Program-made: the position numbers and the translations under genes
Assembly (NCBI GenBank): GCA_963845175.1
Contig: CAWJRI010000012.1
Location: 13,928-77,927 of the forward strand
From: an uncultured archaeon
GTDB lineage: Archaea; Nanobdellota; Nanobdellia; Woesearchaeales; CAIVOO01
Direction: 5' to 3'
Length of the DNA: 64,000 nt
The notes under the pieces: generated by a model
The model's database searches: none
Told to the model about the DNA's origin: nothing
The model's input: only the letters and a program-made list of their open reading frames with translations
Shown: positions 1-6,943 of the stretch, one piece after another
Layout: each line of letters starts with the position of its first letter
How positions within the stretch are numbered: position 1 is the stretch's first letter

Positions 1-512
1 CTAAGTCCGGATTTTGCCTGCGGAGATGTTGCCGGATTAATTATTGCTTCTGAATCAAATTGGTATTTGTCATGCTTAGGATAGCCCCATGGGTCTGTGC
101 CAGATGTCCATGACAAACTGACAGAATTTATGTGCTGGTCAGCCTGGGGTGTAAGCGAAGGACTTGTAGGCGGCGCGCATAAAGTAACATTTACTCTTGC
201 TGCTCCGAATGAGTCTGCAGTGCCTGTGTTTGTGCCTGTGCCAGGGGATTTGGCTGCATTAACTAAAACACCCCCTCCTGCATTAAGGTTGAGGTTTGCA
301 ACATCATAATACCCGCCCGGGTCAGAAGTGAAAGTTTTGACACAGCCGTCAGAACATCCGCTGACTGTAACTGTTACAGTCGCGCCTGAAACCTTATTTC
401 CATTCATATCAAGGATATAACCATCACATGTCCCAAGATAAATTGGCGCATAGACAACAGGAATAACTAACAAAACCAATGCAACAAGTAAAAACCTCTT
501 CATATTCTTCAT
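1..512 (-). CDS. Secreted adhesin-like protein, 5' part only (gene runs off the window start); paralog of the 562-aa protein at 1338..3026
   Basis: Absent from the ORF track because there is no stop in the window. Reverse translation from the ATG (rc of 510-512) gives MKNMKRFLLVALVLLVIPVVYA (signal peptide). This is followed by GTCDGYILDMNGNKVSGATVTVTVSGC (carboxypeptidase-regulatory-like beta-sandwich) and an FN3-like SLSWTSGTDPWGY repeat. The sequence is colinear with 2515..3026 and highly similar at nucleotide level. Confidence 0.75.
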   Translation of the reverse strand, partial: MKNMKRFLLVALVLLVIPVVYAPIYLGTCDGYILDMNGNKVSGATVTVTVSGCSDGCVKTFTSDPGGYYDVANLNLNAGGGVLVNAAKSPGTGTNTGTADSFGAARVNVTLCAPPTSPSLTPQADQHINSVSLSWTSGTDPWGYPKHDKYQFDSEAIINPATSPQAKSGL

Positions 513-534
513 TATTATTCGCCTATTTAAAAAA

Positions 535-1221
535 TTATTGCAAATTTGTGCGGTTGTAAAACAAATAAGCGCCTCCGGAATCCTTAATATTAATAAACTG
601 TCCCTCACCTGAAAATATTGTTTCAAAAGGATTTGAATAGGCGAGCGGGCTGTAAATCATGAATTCCTGGCTTGATGCATCCCACTTCATCACGTACCTG
701 TACTTATCGCCAAGGGTTGAAAGATGCTTTGTTATGTTTGTGCTGAATTCATAAGGATAAGTTGGTGTGTTCCAGCCAAACAAAAGGCTCAGGTTCAAAT
801 CACCAAAATTATTGCCATGACAGTAAAGGTCTGTTTTGTTGTTTTTTTCAAAATAAATGAAATAGCTGAGGTTCTCATTGAATCTATCAAAAGGATTTGA
901 ATAAGCAAGCGGGCTGTAAATCATGAATTCCTGGCTTGATGCATTCCATTGCATAAGATATCTATAGGAGTTGTTTATCTGCGAAAGCGCGCTTTCAACT
1001 GATTTGTTTGTGAGATTTGTGCAGAAAGATATTAGATTCCAGCCTTGCTCGAGCGGGATGAAGCAAACAGGAAGAATTTCAAGTCTAACCACTGCCGCAC
1101 CAGTTAGGGAATTATTTGCTTTTTCGCCAGTTTTTTCTGGAAGCGGGCTTAAAAGATAAATCGATAAAATCAACACATAAACAAGGATTGCGCACAGCAG
1201 ATACTTCATACCCCTTTTCAT
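535..1221 (-). CDS. N-terminally anchored/secreted 228-aa protein with an internal two-fold repeat (GWN...YRY[LV]M.W.ASSQEFMIYSPLAYSNPF); partner gene of the adhesin cassette
   Basis: ORF track. Hydrophobic N-terminus (YLLCAILVYVLILSIYLL). Two ~85-aa repeats. Paralog at 3049..3735 in the same position relative to an adhesin gene. Confidence 0.7.
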   Translation of the reverse strand: MKRGMKYLLCAILVYVLILSIYLLSPLPEKTGEKANNSLTGAAVVRLEILPVCFIPLEQGWNLISFCTNLTNKSVESALSQINNSYRYLMQWNASSQEFMIYSPLAYSNPFDRFNENLSYFIYFEKNNKTDLYCHGNNFGDLNLSLLFGWNTPTYPYEFSTNITKHLSTLGDKYRYVMKWDASSQEFMIYSPLAYSNPFETIFSGEGQFINIKDSGGAYLFYNRTNLQ

Positions 1222-1254
1222 ATTTGATTAGAACTGTTTTTTATTTAAAAATCT

Positions 1255-1298
1255 TTAGATTCTTTTGATATAAATCTTGAGTTTTCCAGTATGATTGC
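1255..1298 (-). pseudogene. 44-nt relic of the 3' end of a copy of the 146/162-aa gene (3769..4209); junction scar of the tandem duplication
   Basis: The reverse complement reads NHTGKLKIYIKRI*, matching the C-terminus NHTGKLKVYIKRI* of the gene at 3769. Homology stops abruptly at 1298 / 3812 (offset 2,514 bp). Confidence 0.7.
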
Positions 1299-1337
1299 TT
1301 AATAAAGCCAGTTTAAGCGTATAATTTTAAAAAATCC

Positions 1338-3026
1338 TTATGAGGATTTCTTTGCAGTAAATGTCAATACAACGTTTTTATTACCCACTCCTGCATCAGC
1401 CGGAACAATTAATTTAATTGATGTGTTAAACTCATTATTGCCTGCTCCAAATTTCAGTTTATCACACAATGTCGCAGCTGCGTTAGCTGTATTTATTTCC
1501 TTGTATGTGTTCAAGTAGGTTGAGTTATCACAAGCGCCAAGTTCTGTCTCCCAGCCAATTATCTCTAAGCCCGGAGCTGTTCCGCCTAGCCATGAAGTGA
1601 TATTTGAGCTTGCTGAAACATTAACTGTTTCGTTCACTGTTCCGTCATTTTTAATTTGGAGGTATTGCTCAGGCCAGGACCAGGTACCGCCTTCTGCTGC
1701 TGTATTGTTGCTTTCAAGCGTAGCACTTGAATTATCCCCTGCAACTCGTCCATCTCCAAAATCAATATCATATTTGACAGATATTGAAACTTCTGATGTT
1801 AGATTAATGGACACATTCCCCAAAAGATTGCATGAGATAGTGCATACTGGGCATAGACTAACAATAAACGAGTCCGCTGACCATGGAGAGCATTTTTCTG
1901 GATCGCAGGTTCTGACGCGCCAGTAATATATGCTGTCATTTGAAAGATTTGTTCTTGATATCGGAGCGATTGCGCTTATGTTACTGTAAAGCAGAGTTGA
2001 GAAATCATAGAAATGACTGAACTGGAATTCGTCGTGGACAGGGTCAAGTTCAGGGTCTATGCCTGATGTCCAGTTTAGACTTACATTAGTTAATGTTGTT
2101 GAAGGCTGATGTTCCAGAATGGGCGCTGAAGGCGCGGAGTTTGTTACTGAAAAGCTGTCTGATACCCAGGCAGAGCATCCGCCTGCGGCTTCACCGAGTG
2201 AATCACAGGTTCTGACACGCCAGGTATGAAATGTTCCTAAAAGAAGGCCAGATCTTGCCTGCGGACTTGATGCAGTTATATTTATCGCTTCAGAATCAAA
2301 CTGGAATTCGTTGTGAACTGGTGTATCATTTTCAGGGTCTGGGTATGATATCCAATTGAGCGAGACAGATGTGTTGTGTGAGTCAGCCTGGTCTGTCAAG
2401 TGCGGCGCTGGAGGCGCTGCATTTGTTATTGTAAATGTGCTTGAGCCCGGAGCAGAACAGCATTGGTCATTGCATGTCCAGACTCTCCAGGTATGCAATG
2501 TATTATAGCTAAGTCCAGATTTTGATTGTGGGCTATGTGCAGTTGTGTTCATGGTTCCTAAATCCAGTCGGAATTCGTCATACTGAGTATAGCCCCATGG
2601 GTCTGTGCCAGATGTCCATGACAAACTAACAGAATTTAAGTGCTGATCAGCCTGGGGTGTAAGCGAAGGGCTTGTAGGCGGATTGCACACAGTTACATTA
2701 ACTCTTGCTGCCCCAGACGGGTTTGCAATTCCTGTATTCAAACCCGTAGCAGTTGATTTGTTTGCGTAAACTGAAACAGTCCCTCCTGCGCTAAGTTTGA
2801 GGTTGGCAATAACATAATATCCAGTTGATTCAGAAATGTAATGTCCGACACAGCCGTCGCCAGAACATCCGCTTACTGTAACTGTGACAGTTGCTCCGGA
2901 AAAGGCGTTGCCATTCATGTAATGGATGTAGCCGTCGCATGTCCCCGTATAAACCTCTCCCGCATAAGCAATAGGAATAGCTAACAAAACCAATGCAGCG
3001 AGTAAAAACCTATTCATATTCTTCAT
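1338..3026 (-). CDS. Secreted 562-aa adhesin-like protein: signal peptide, CarboxypepD_reg-like domain, three FN3-like repeats, and a C-terminal domain homologous to the 199-aa protein at 5449..6048
   Basis: ORF track. Three repeats carry the pattern SL[SN]W[TI]S..DP....[YH][DN]EF....HTWRVRTC. The C-terminal ~170 aa (GNVSINLTSEVSISVKYDIDFGDGRV...NKNVVLTFTAKK) aligns with the 199-aa protein (GNVSVNLTSSVSVLVKYNINFGNGRV...KRNVVLTFTVK). Confidence 0.85.
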   Translation of the reverse strand: MKNMNRFLLAALVLLAIPIAYAGEVYTGTCDGYIHYMNGNAFSGATVTVTVSGCSGDGCVGHYISESTGYYVIANLKLSAGGTVSVYANKSTATGLNTGIANPSGAARVNVTVCNPPTSPSLTPQADQHLNSVSLSWTSGTDPWGYTQYDEFRLDLGTMNTTAHSPQSKSGLSYNTLHTWRVWTCNDQCCSAPGSSTFTITNAAPPAPHLTDQADSHNTSVSLNWISYPDPENDTPVHNEFQFDSEAINITASSPQARSGLLLGTFHTWRVRTCDSLGEAAGGCSAWVSDSFSVTNSAPSAPILEHQPSTTLTNVSLNWTSGIDPELDPVHDEFQFSHFYDFSTLLYSNISAIAPISRTNLSNDSIYYWRVRTCDPEKCSPWSADSFIVSLCPVCTISCNLLGNVSINLTSEVSISVKYDIDFGDGRVAGDNSSATLESNNTAAEGGTWSWPEQYLQIKNDGTVNETVNVSASSNITSWLGGTAPGLEIIGWETELGACDNSTYLNTYKEINTANAAATLCDKLKFGAGNNEFNTSIKLIVPADAGVGNKNVVLTFTAKKSS

Positions 3027-3048
3027 TATTATTCACCTATTTAAAAAA

Positions 3049-3735
3049 TTATTGCAAATTTGTGCGGTTGTAAAACAAATGAGCGCCTCCAGCATCATCT
3101 ATGTAAATAAACTGGCCCTCGGTTGGTAGTATTGTTTCAAATGGCTTTGAAGATGAAAGCGGGCTGTAAATCATGAATTTCTGGGCTGAAGCATTCCACT
3201 TCATCAGATACCTATATTTCCCGCCAAGGGTTGAAAGATATTTTGTTATGTTTGCAGTGACCATATAAGGATAAGTTGGTGTGTTCCAGCCGGACAACAG
3301 GCTCAGGTTCAAATTGCCAAAATCAGTGCCCTGACAGTAAAGGTGTGTTATGTTGCTTTCTTCAGAATAAATGAAATAACTGAGAGTTTCATTGAATTTT
3401 GTAAATGGGTTTGAAGATGAAAGCGGGCTGTAAATCATGAATTTCTGGGCTGAAGCATCCCATTCCATTACATATCTATATGAGCCGCTTATCTGCGAAA
3501 GCGCATTTTCAACTGACTTGTCTGTGAGATTTGTGCAGAAAGATATTAGATTCCAGCCCTGCTCAAGCGGGATGAAGCAGAAAGGAGCAATTTCAAATCC
3601 AACCACTGCCCCCCCTGTTATGGGGCTGGGCATTTTTTCTCCGGTTTTTTCTGCAGGCGGGATTAAAAGATAAATGAATAAAATCAATATACAAACAAGA
3701 ATTGCGCAGAGCAAATACATAATGTCCCTTTTCAT
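3049..3735 (-). CDS. Paralog of the 228-aa internal-repeat protein (535..1221)
   Basis: ORF track. Same length and architecture. Both of its internal repeats read ASAQKFMIYSPLSSS[NK]PF. Confidence 0.8.
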   Translation of the reverse strand: MKRDIMYLLCAILVCILILFIYLLIPPAEKTGEKMPSPITGGAVVGFEIAPFCFIPLEQGWNLISFCTNLTDKSVENALSQISGSYRYVMEWDASAQKFMIYSPLSSSNPFTKFNETLSYFIYSEESNITHLYCQGTDFGNLNLSLLSGWNTPTYPYMVTANITKYLSTLGGKYRYLMKWNASAQKFMIYSPLSSSKPFETILPTEGQFIYIDDAGGAHLFYNRTNLQ

Positions 3736-3768
3736 AAATGGTTAAAATTGTTTTTTATTTAAAAAGCT

Positions 3769-4209
3769 TTAGATTCTTTTGATATAAACCTTGAGTTTTC
3801 CAGTATGATTGCCAAGCGAAGCGCCTTCTGGCACAGTTGCGGTTATATTCACTGTTTTTGTTACATCTTTTTCAAGAACAAAGTCATTATCTGAAATCGT
3901 AACCCAGTTTTTTAAGTTGCCTGACGCAACTATCTGCACAAGAACAGGACTCTGATAATTGTGCTTTAATATGATCTTCTGCATCCCGCTGTTGCCGGCA
4001 GACATTTTCCCAAAATAAATCATTCCGGGAATTATGCCTATGCCAAAGCCTGATTTATCATCAACGACTTTCAGTAGCAGGTCATACTCTTTATAACTGA
4101 TTATTTTGTGACGGGTATAAAGTATCGACGTGACACCAATTATAATAAGTACAATAGTTAACAGCAAAACTAGAATCTTTAAAATGCTAAATTTCTGTTT
4201 CTTCCTCAT
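3769..4209 (-). CDS. N-terminally anchored small beta-sandwich protein (146 aa from the internal ATG; the track ORF extends to 4257)
   Basis: MRKKQKFSILKILVLLLTIVLIIIGV is a TM segment. The C-terminal pattern is FG..S.G......I..N......V.I..SG....WV..S...F.L......V.I.A.VP..A..G.H.G.L.V, which is CARDB/DUF11-like. Start chosen at M17 to limit overlap with the upstream gene. Confidence 0.65.
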   Translation of the reverse strand: MRKKQKFSILKILVLLLTIVLIIIGVTSILYTRHKIISYKEYDLLLKVVDDKSGFGIGIIPGMIYFGKMSAGNSGMQKIILKHNYQSPVLVQIVASGNLKNWVTISDNDFVLEKDVTKTVNITATVPEGASLGNHTGKLKVYIKRI

Positions 4210-5383
4210 TTTTATTTTTCTTTCTCCTCCAGAACCAGACGAGGTTGAAGATAACAAGCAGAATTAATATGAGTATAAGGATGTTTGTTGTTGTCAAATA
4301 ACTTCCGAATCCACTTTCAAATCCTTTTGCAGGCATTTCTGTCTTTCCGCCCTTAAGTACATCTATTGTTCCATTTTTGTATGAATAATGCATTTCATTG
4401 CTTCCTATCTCATTAAATGACAGCGCGATGTTTATTTTATAGCTGCCTACCAGAAGATTTGCTGTGTTAAGGTAGCCTGTAATATTTTTGATTTCCCACG
4501 AGCTCAGCGTCTTTTCAGAAGCGGAAAAAGTCATTAATTTATAGCTCCCATTTAATACGCTGACATCGGCAAAAAGGTTTTCAACGGGGTCGTTCCATTC
4601 ACTTTGAACTTCCACATTGAATCCATTAACCTGCTTTTCATAAACCTCTTTCGTATAATCAATTATTTTGACATTTAAAATTCCTATCCTAAAATTATCT
4701 TGGGCAGTTGTTGATTTCTCATCGTACTGGACTGTCGCGACTGCCTTGTAATTGCCCTGCTTCTGGCCTTTTGTATTCCATTTTGCATTCAGGGTTGCGC
4801 TGCCATAAATATCCACTGGCTTTTCGTCTGTTGCCACAGAACCAACCTTTTCATTTCCGTTGTAAATATCAATGACTGCCTTTGCGCCATTAATCTTTTC
4901 TGTGCCCACATTATTAACTGTCACAACAAACTCGGCGTCCTTGCCAAGCTTGGCGTCTTTTGCGTCCAAAGACGCTTCAGCGTACTTTCCCGGATACTGA
5001 ACAAAAATTTCAATTGGAGATATAACCTCTCCCCTTGCACCCACAGGCCCGCCTGTTCCTGTGGATTCTGTTGCAATAAAACGTATTGCATGGTTACCTG
5101 GCTTTTCTATCTTTTCAGGAAACTTCAGGCTGACATTTACACTGCCGTATTCCCCTGGATTAAGGAAAACCTTGTTTGAACTCAGGGTTGCGTATTCTGC
5201 CAAATCACCTGAAAGCTGCAGGTCAACATCCATTGCACTGTTCATGTTGCTCCTAAGCCTATAGGTTATTTGTGTCTCAAGATTTGGCTTGAAGTTTATT
5301 TTAGCCTCTGCGGGGGAAACACCCACTGAATAAACTATTGGAAGAACCAGCAGGAATATTAAAAGCGCAGTTAATTTCTTCAT
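4187..5383 (-). CDS. 398-aa surface protein: signal peptide, ~3 CARDB-like beta-sandwich domains, C-terminal TM and a basic tail
   Basis: ORF track. N-terminus MKKLTALLIFLLVLPIVYS. The motif FVVTVNNVGTEKINGAKAVIDIY is CARDB-like. C-terminus LILILILLVIFNLVWFWRRKKNK. The N-terminal domain is paralogous to the protein at 21235..21876. Confidence 0.8.
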   Translation of the reverse strand: MKKLTALLIFLLVLPIVYSVGVSPAEAKINFKPNLETQITYRLRSNMNSAMDVDLQLSGDLAEYATLSSNKVFLNPGEYGSVNVSLKFPEKIEKPGNHAIRFIATESTGTGGPVGARGEVISPIEIFVQYPGKYAEASLDAKDAKLGKDAEFVVTVNNVGTEKINGAKAVIDIYNGNEKVGSVATDEKPVDIYGSATLNAKWNTKGQKQGNYKAVATVQYDEKSTTAQDNFRIGILNVKIIDYTKEVYEKQVNGFNVEVQSEWNDPVENLFADVSVLNGSYKLMTFSASEKTLSSWEIKNITGYLNTANLLVGSYKINIALSFNEIGSNEMHYSYKNGTIDVLKGGKTEMPAKGFESGFGSYLTTTNILILILILLVIFNLVWFWRRKKNKNEEETEI

Positions 5384-5421
5384 TATTGTTCTGTGTTTGT
5401 CAAGAATTTATATACTTTTCT

Positions 5422-5444
5422 AAAAAAAGAAAAAAAGAAAAAAA
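5422..5444 (-). terminator. Oligo-T tract (minus strand) immediately after the stop of the 199-aa gene; candidate archaeal intrinsic terminator
   Basis: The plus strand reads aaaaaaagaaaaaaagaaaaaaa, 4 nt downstream (in the gene's orientation) of the stop at 5449-5451. A TATA-like element (tatataaatt on the minus strand, about 5408-5417) for the next gene follows. Confidence 0.45.
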
Positions 5445-5448
5445 TACT

Positions 5449-6048
5449 TTACACCATTTTAACGGTGAAAGTCAGCACTACGTTTCTCTTACCTGTTGAT
5501 GCGTCAGACGGTACAACTAATTTAATTGACGCATTGACAGTGTCTGCAGAGTTGCCATATTGCAGGTTCGGGCATAATACTGCTTGTGCGGTGGTGCTTA
5601 TGTCATGGTATGCAAATAATGTTGCATTATTTGTGCAGGCGCCAACTTCTGTCTGCCAGCCCCTAGTATATATAGCTGGATTTGTTCCACCTAGCCATGA
5701 CGCAACTGCGGTCGGTTCTGAGACATTAAGTGATTCGTTCACTGTTCCATCATTCTCAATGTATATGTACTGCTTAGAATATGTCCAGCTTCCGCCTTTT
5801 GCTGCTGTATTGTTGCTTTCAAGAGTTGAACTTAGATTGCTTCCTAAAACCCTGCCGTTTCCGAAGTTAATGTTATATTTAACCAACACTGAAACAGATG
5901 ATGTAAGGTTTACAGAAACGTTTCCAGTTGTTCCCCTCCCTGTTACGTACAGGACACTTGGCTTTCCAAAGCTCATAATGCCTACTACAGAAACAACAAT
6001 TGCAATTCCCACTAGAATCGCCAATGTTTTGTTTGAAATGTCTGCCAT
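5449..6048 (-). CDS. 199-aa N-terminally anchored/secreted beta-rich protein; candidate major structural (fibre) subunit with a possible TasA/CARDB-like fold
   Basis: ORF track. Strong SD (GGAGGTGA) about 6 nt upstream of the ATG and its own oligo-T terminator. The N-terminal motif DIS.KT.AIL..IAIV.S is shared with the 77-aa upstream protein. The body is homologous to the C-terminal domain of the 562-aa adhesin. Confidence 0.8.
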   Translation of the reverse strand: MADISNKTLAILVGIAIVVSVVGIMSFGKPSVLYVTGRGTTGNVSVNLTSSVSVLVKYNINFGNGRVLGSNLSSTLESNNTAAKGGSWTYSKQYIYIENDGTVNESLNVSEPTAVASWLGGTNPAIYTRGWQTEVGACTNNATLFAYHDISTTAQAVLCPNLQYGNSADTVNASIKLVVPSDASTGKRNVVLTFTVKMV

Positions 6049-6063
6049 TTATTTCACCTCCTT

Positions 6064-6297
6064 TTATGTTATCTCGAGCGTAACTTTTCCAGTTGCTGAA
6101 GCAACTGTGTTTTCTCCCTGTTGTTGATCCCCATTTATAACCCCGATTGACACTTGGGCTGTGCCTTCAGGGTTTGTTCCTTTTACCACTATACCCTTAT
6201 CTAGCATCTTCCATGTAGCAATCGCAGAAAGAACAATAGCAATTACCAAAAGAATCGCCACTGTTTTTTTAGAGATATCGTCACTCATGTTTTGCAC
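6064..6297 (-). CDS. 77-aa protein with the same conserved N-terminal hydrophobic segment as the 199-aa protein, plus a short beta-rich tail
   Basis: ORF track. SD-like GAGGTG upstream. DDISKKTVAILLVIAIVLSAIA aligns with ADISNKTLAILVGIAIVVSVVG of the next gene. Confidence 0.6.
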   Translation of the reverse strand: MQNMSDDISKKTVAILLVIAIVLSAIATWKMLDKGIVVKGTNPEGTAQVSIGVINGDQQQGENTVASATGKVTLEIT

Positions 6298-6390
6298 CTC
6301 TGATTTTTTACTATTTTATAATTTAAAAAAATTATAGATATATATAAATTTTTTGGTTTTTTAGTATATAGTTCTAAAATTTTGCGAAAA

Positions 6391-6587
6391 GTATATAAAA
6401 TACTTACATTGTAAGTACAAATAAAAAGATTTATATATTCTATACTTACATTGTAAGTAAAACATAAATTTTTATATATAAAATACTTACATTGTAAGTA
6501 AAGAAACACAGAATTTTTATATAAGTACCTACATTGTAAGTACAAATAAAAAGATTTATATATTCTATACTTACATTGTAAGTAAAA
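6391..6587. promoter_or_regulatory. Array of five TATA-box-like elements, each followed by a 17-bp palindrome TAC[TC]TACA-T-TGTAAGTA (candidate operator)
   Basis: Palindromes at 6401-6417, 6443-6459, 6484-6500, 6526-6542 (one mismatch) and 6568-6584. Centre-to-centre spacing is 42, 41, 42 and 42 bp. Each is preceded within 2-5 nt by (T)TTATATA. The last palindrome ends 3 nt before the first HTH reading frame. Confidence 0.6.
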
Positions 6588-6767
6588 TTGATACCTACTG
6601 AGATTTTCAAAGACCGTACATTAAGTGTTCTCGAAGCTATTGTTGAATATCTCAAGGAGCAGAATGGGCTTTCTTATCACAAAATTGCTGAGATGCTAAA
6701 CAGAAATGACAGGACAGTCTGGACATGCTATCATCGCGCAAAGCAGAAAAGGAAAGTGACAGAATGA
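6588..6767 (+). CDS. Mini HTH protein, copy 1 (59 aa if initiated at TTG 6588); possibly leaderless or untranslated
   Basis: Encodes (L/M)IPTEIFKDRTLSVLEAIVEYLKEQNGLSYHKIAEMLNRNDRTVWTCYHRAKQKRKVTE. There is no ATG and no SD. Its stop overlaps the ATG of copy 2 (ATGA). Confidence 0.4.
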   Translation: MIPTEIFKDRTLSVLEAIVEYLKEQNGLSYHKIAEMLNRNDRTVWTCYHRAKQKRKVTE

Positions 6768-6924
6768 TACCTACTGAGATTTTCAAAGACCGTACATTAA
6801 GTGTTCTCGAAGCTATTGTTGAATATCTCAAGGAGCAGAATGGGCTTTCTTATCACAAAATTGCTGAGATGCTAAACAGAAATGACAGGACAGTCTGGAC
6901 ATGCTATCATCGCGCAAAGCAGAA
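6591..6924 (+). repeat. Perfect 158-bp direct repeat (6591-6748 = 6767-6924), period 176 bp, duplicating the mini-HTH gene
   Basis: Read directly from the sequence. I found no mismatches across the 158 bp. Confidence 0.9.
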
Positions 6925-6943
6925 GAGAAAGAAAAATGAATGA
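6764..6943 (+). CDS. Mini HTH DNA-binding protein, copy 2 (59 aa), sigma-70 region 4 / LuxR / Tfx-N-like helix-turn-helix
   Basis: MIPTEIF...LSYHKIAEMLNRNDRTVWTCYHRAKQKRKKNE fits the pattern LS..EIAE.L.....TV.....RA..K typical of sigma70_r4/LuxR-type HTH. An ATG with a purine-rich stretch upstream is present. The track ORF start at 6725 is an out-of-frame read-through of copy 1. Confidence 0.65.
   Translation: MIPTEIFKDRTLSVLEAIVEYLKEQNGLSYHKIAEMLNRNDRTVWTCYHRAKQKRKKNE

Larger units (their letters stand above)
1..3812. repeat. Tandem segmental duplication, unit ~2,514 bp (1..1298 corresponds to 2515..3812), diverged
   Basis: Colinear nucleotide similarity covers the coding regions. It also covers the intergenic spacers (513-534 vs 3027-3048; 1222-1254 vs 3736-3768). 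Confidence 0.85.

Noticed and set aside
97-309. 70-aa plus-strand ORF at the window start, and 971..1159, 1597..1926 and 3437..3673
   Set aside because: They are antisense to the duplicated adhesin and partner genes, and the same shadow ORFs recur in both copies of the duplication.
5393-6127. 244-aa plus-strand ORF overlapping the 199-aa minus-strand gene
   Set aside because: The minus-strand frame has a paralogous domain in the 562-aa protein, an SD and a terminator. The plus-strand frame has no features and is the antisense shadow.
6401-6584. Regularly spaced short repeats that could be read as a mini CRISPR array or as replication-origin iterons
   Set aside because: The repeats are only 17 bp with ~25-bp spacers, and the spacers are themselves repetitive TATA-like sequence, with two pairs identical. 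No cas genes are nearby. Orc1/Cdc6 is 43 kb away and no ORB-like element was recognised. A promoter/operator array fits better. An origin or iteron role cannot be fully excluded.
6285-6655. Track ORFs 6285..6545 (86 aa) and 6446..6655 (69 aa) on the minus strand
   Set aside because: They translate the AT-rich palindrome and TATA array into low-complexity Y/N/I/K/F-rich sequence, overlap each other and have no start context. They are artefacts of the repeat.
6882-6935. N-terminal 18 codons of the giant ORF as given in the track (MTGQSGHAIIAQSRRERK)
   Set aside because: This stretch is the 3' part of the HTH gene read in another frame. It also occurs, in its 5' part, in the first copy of the 176-bp repeat. 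ATG 6936 (MNEDKL...) is the more plausible start.
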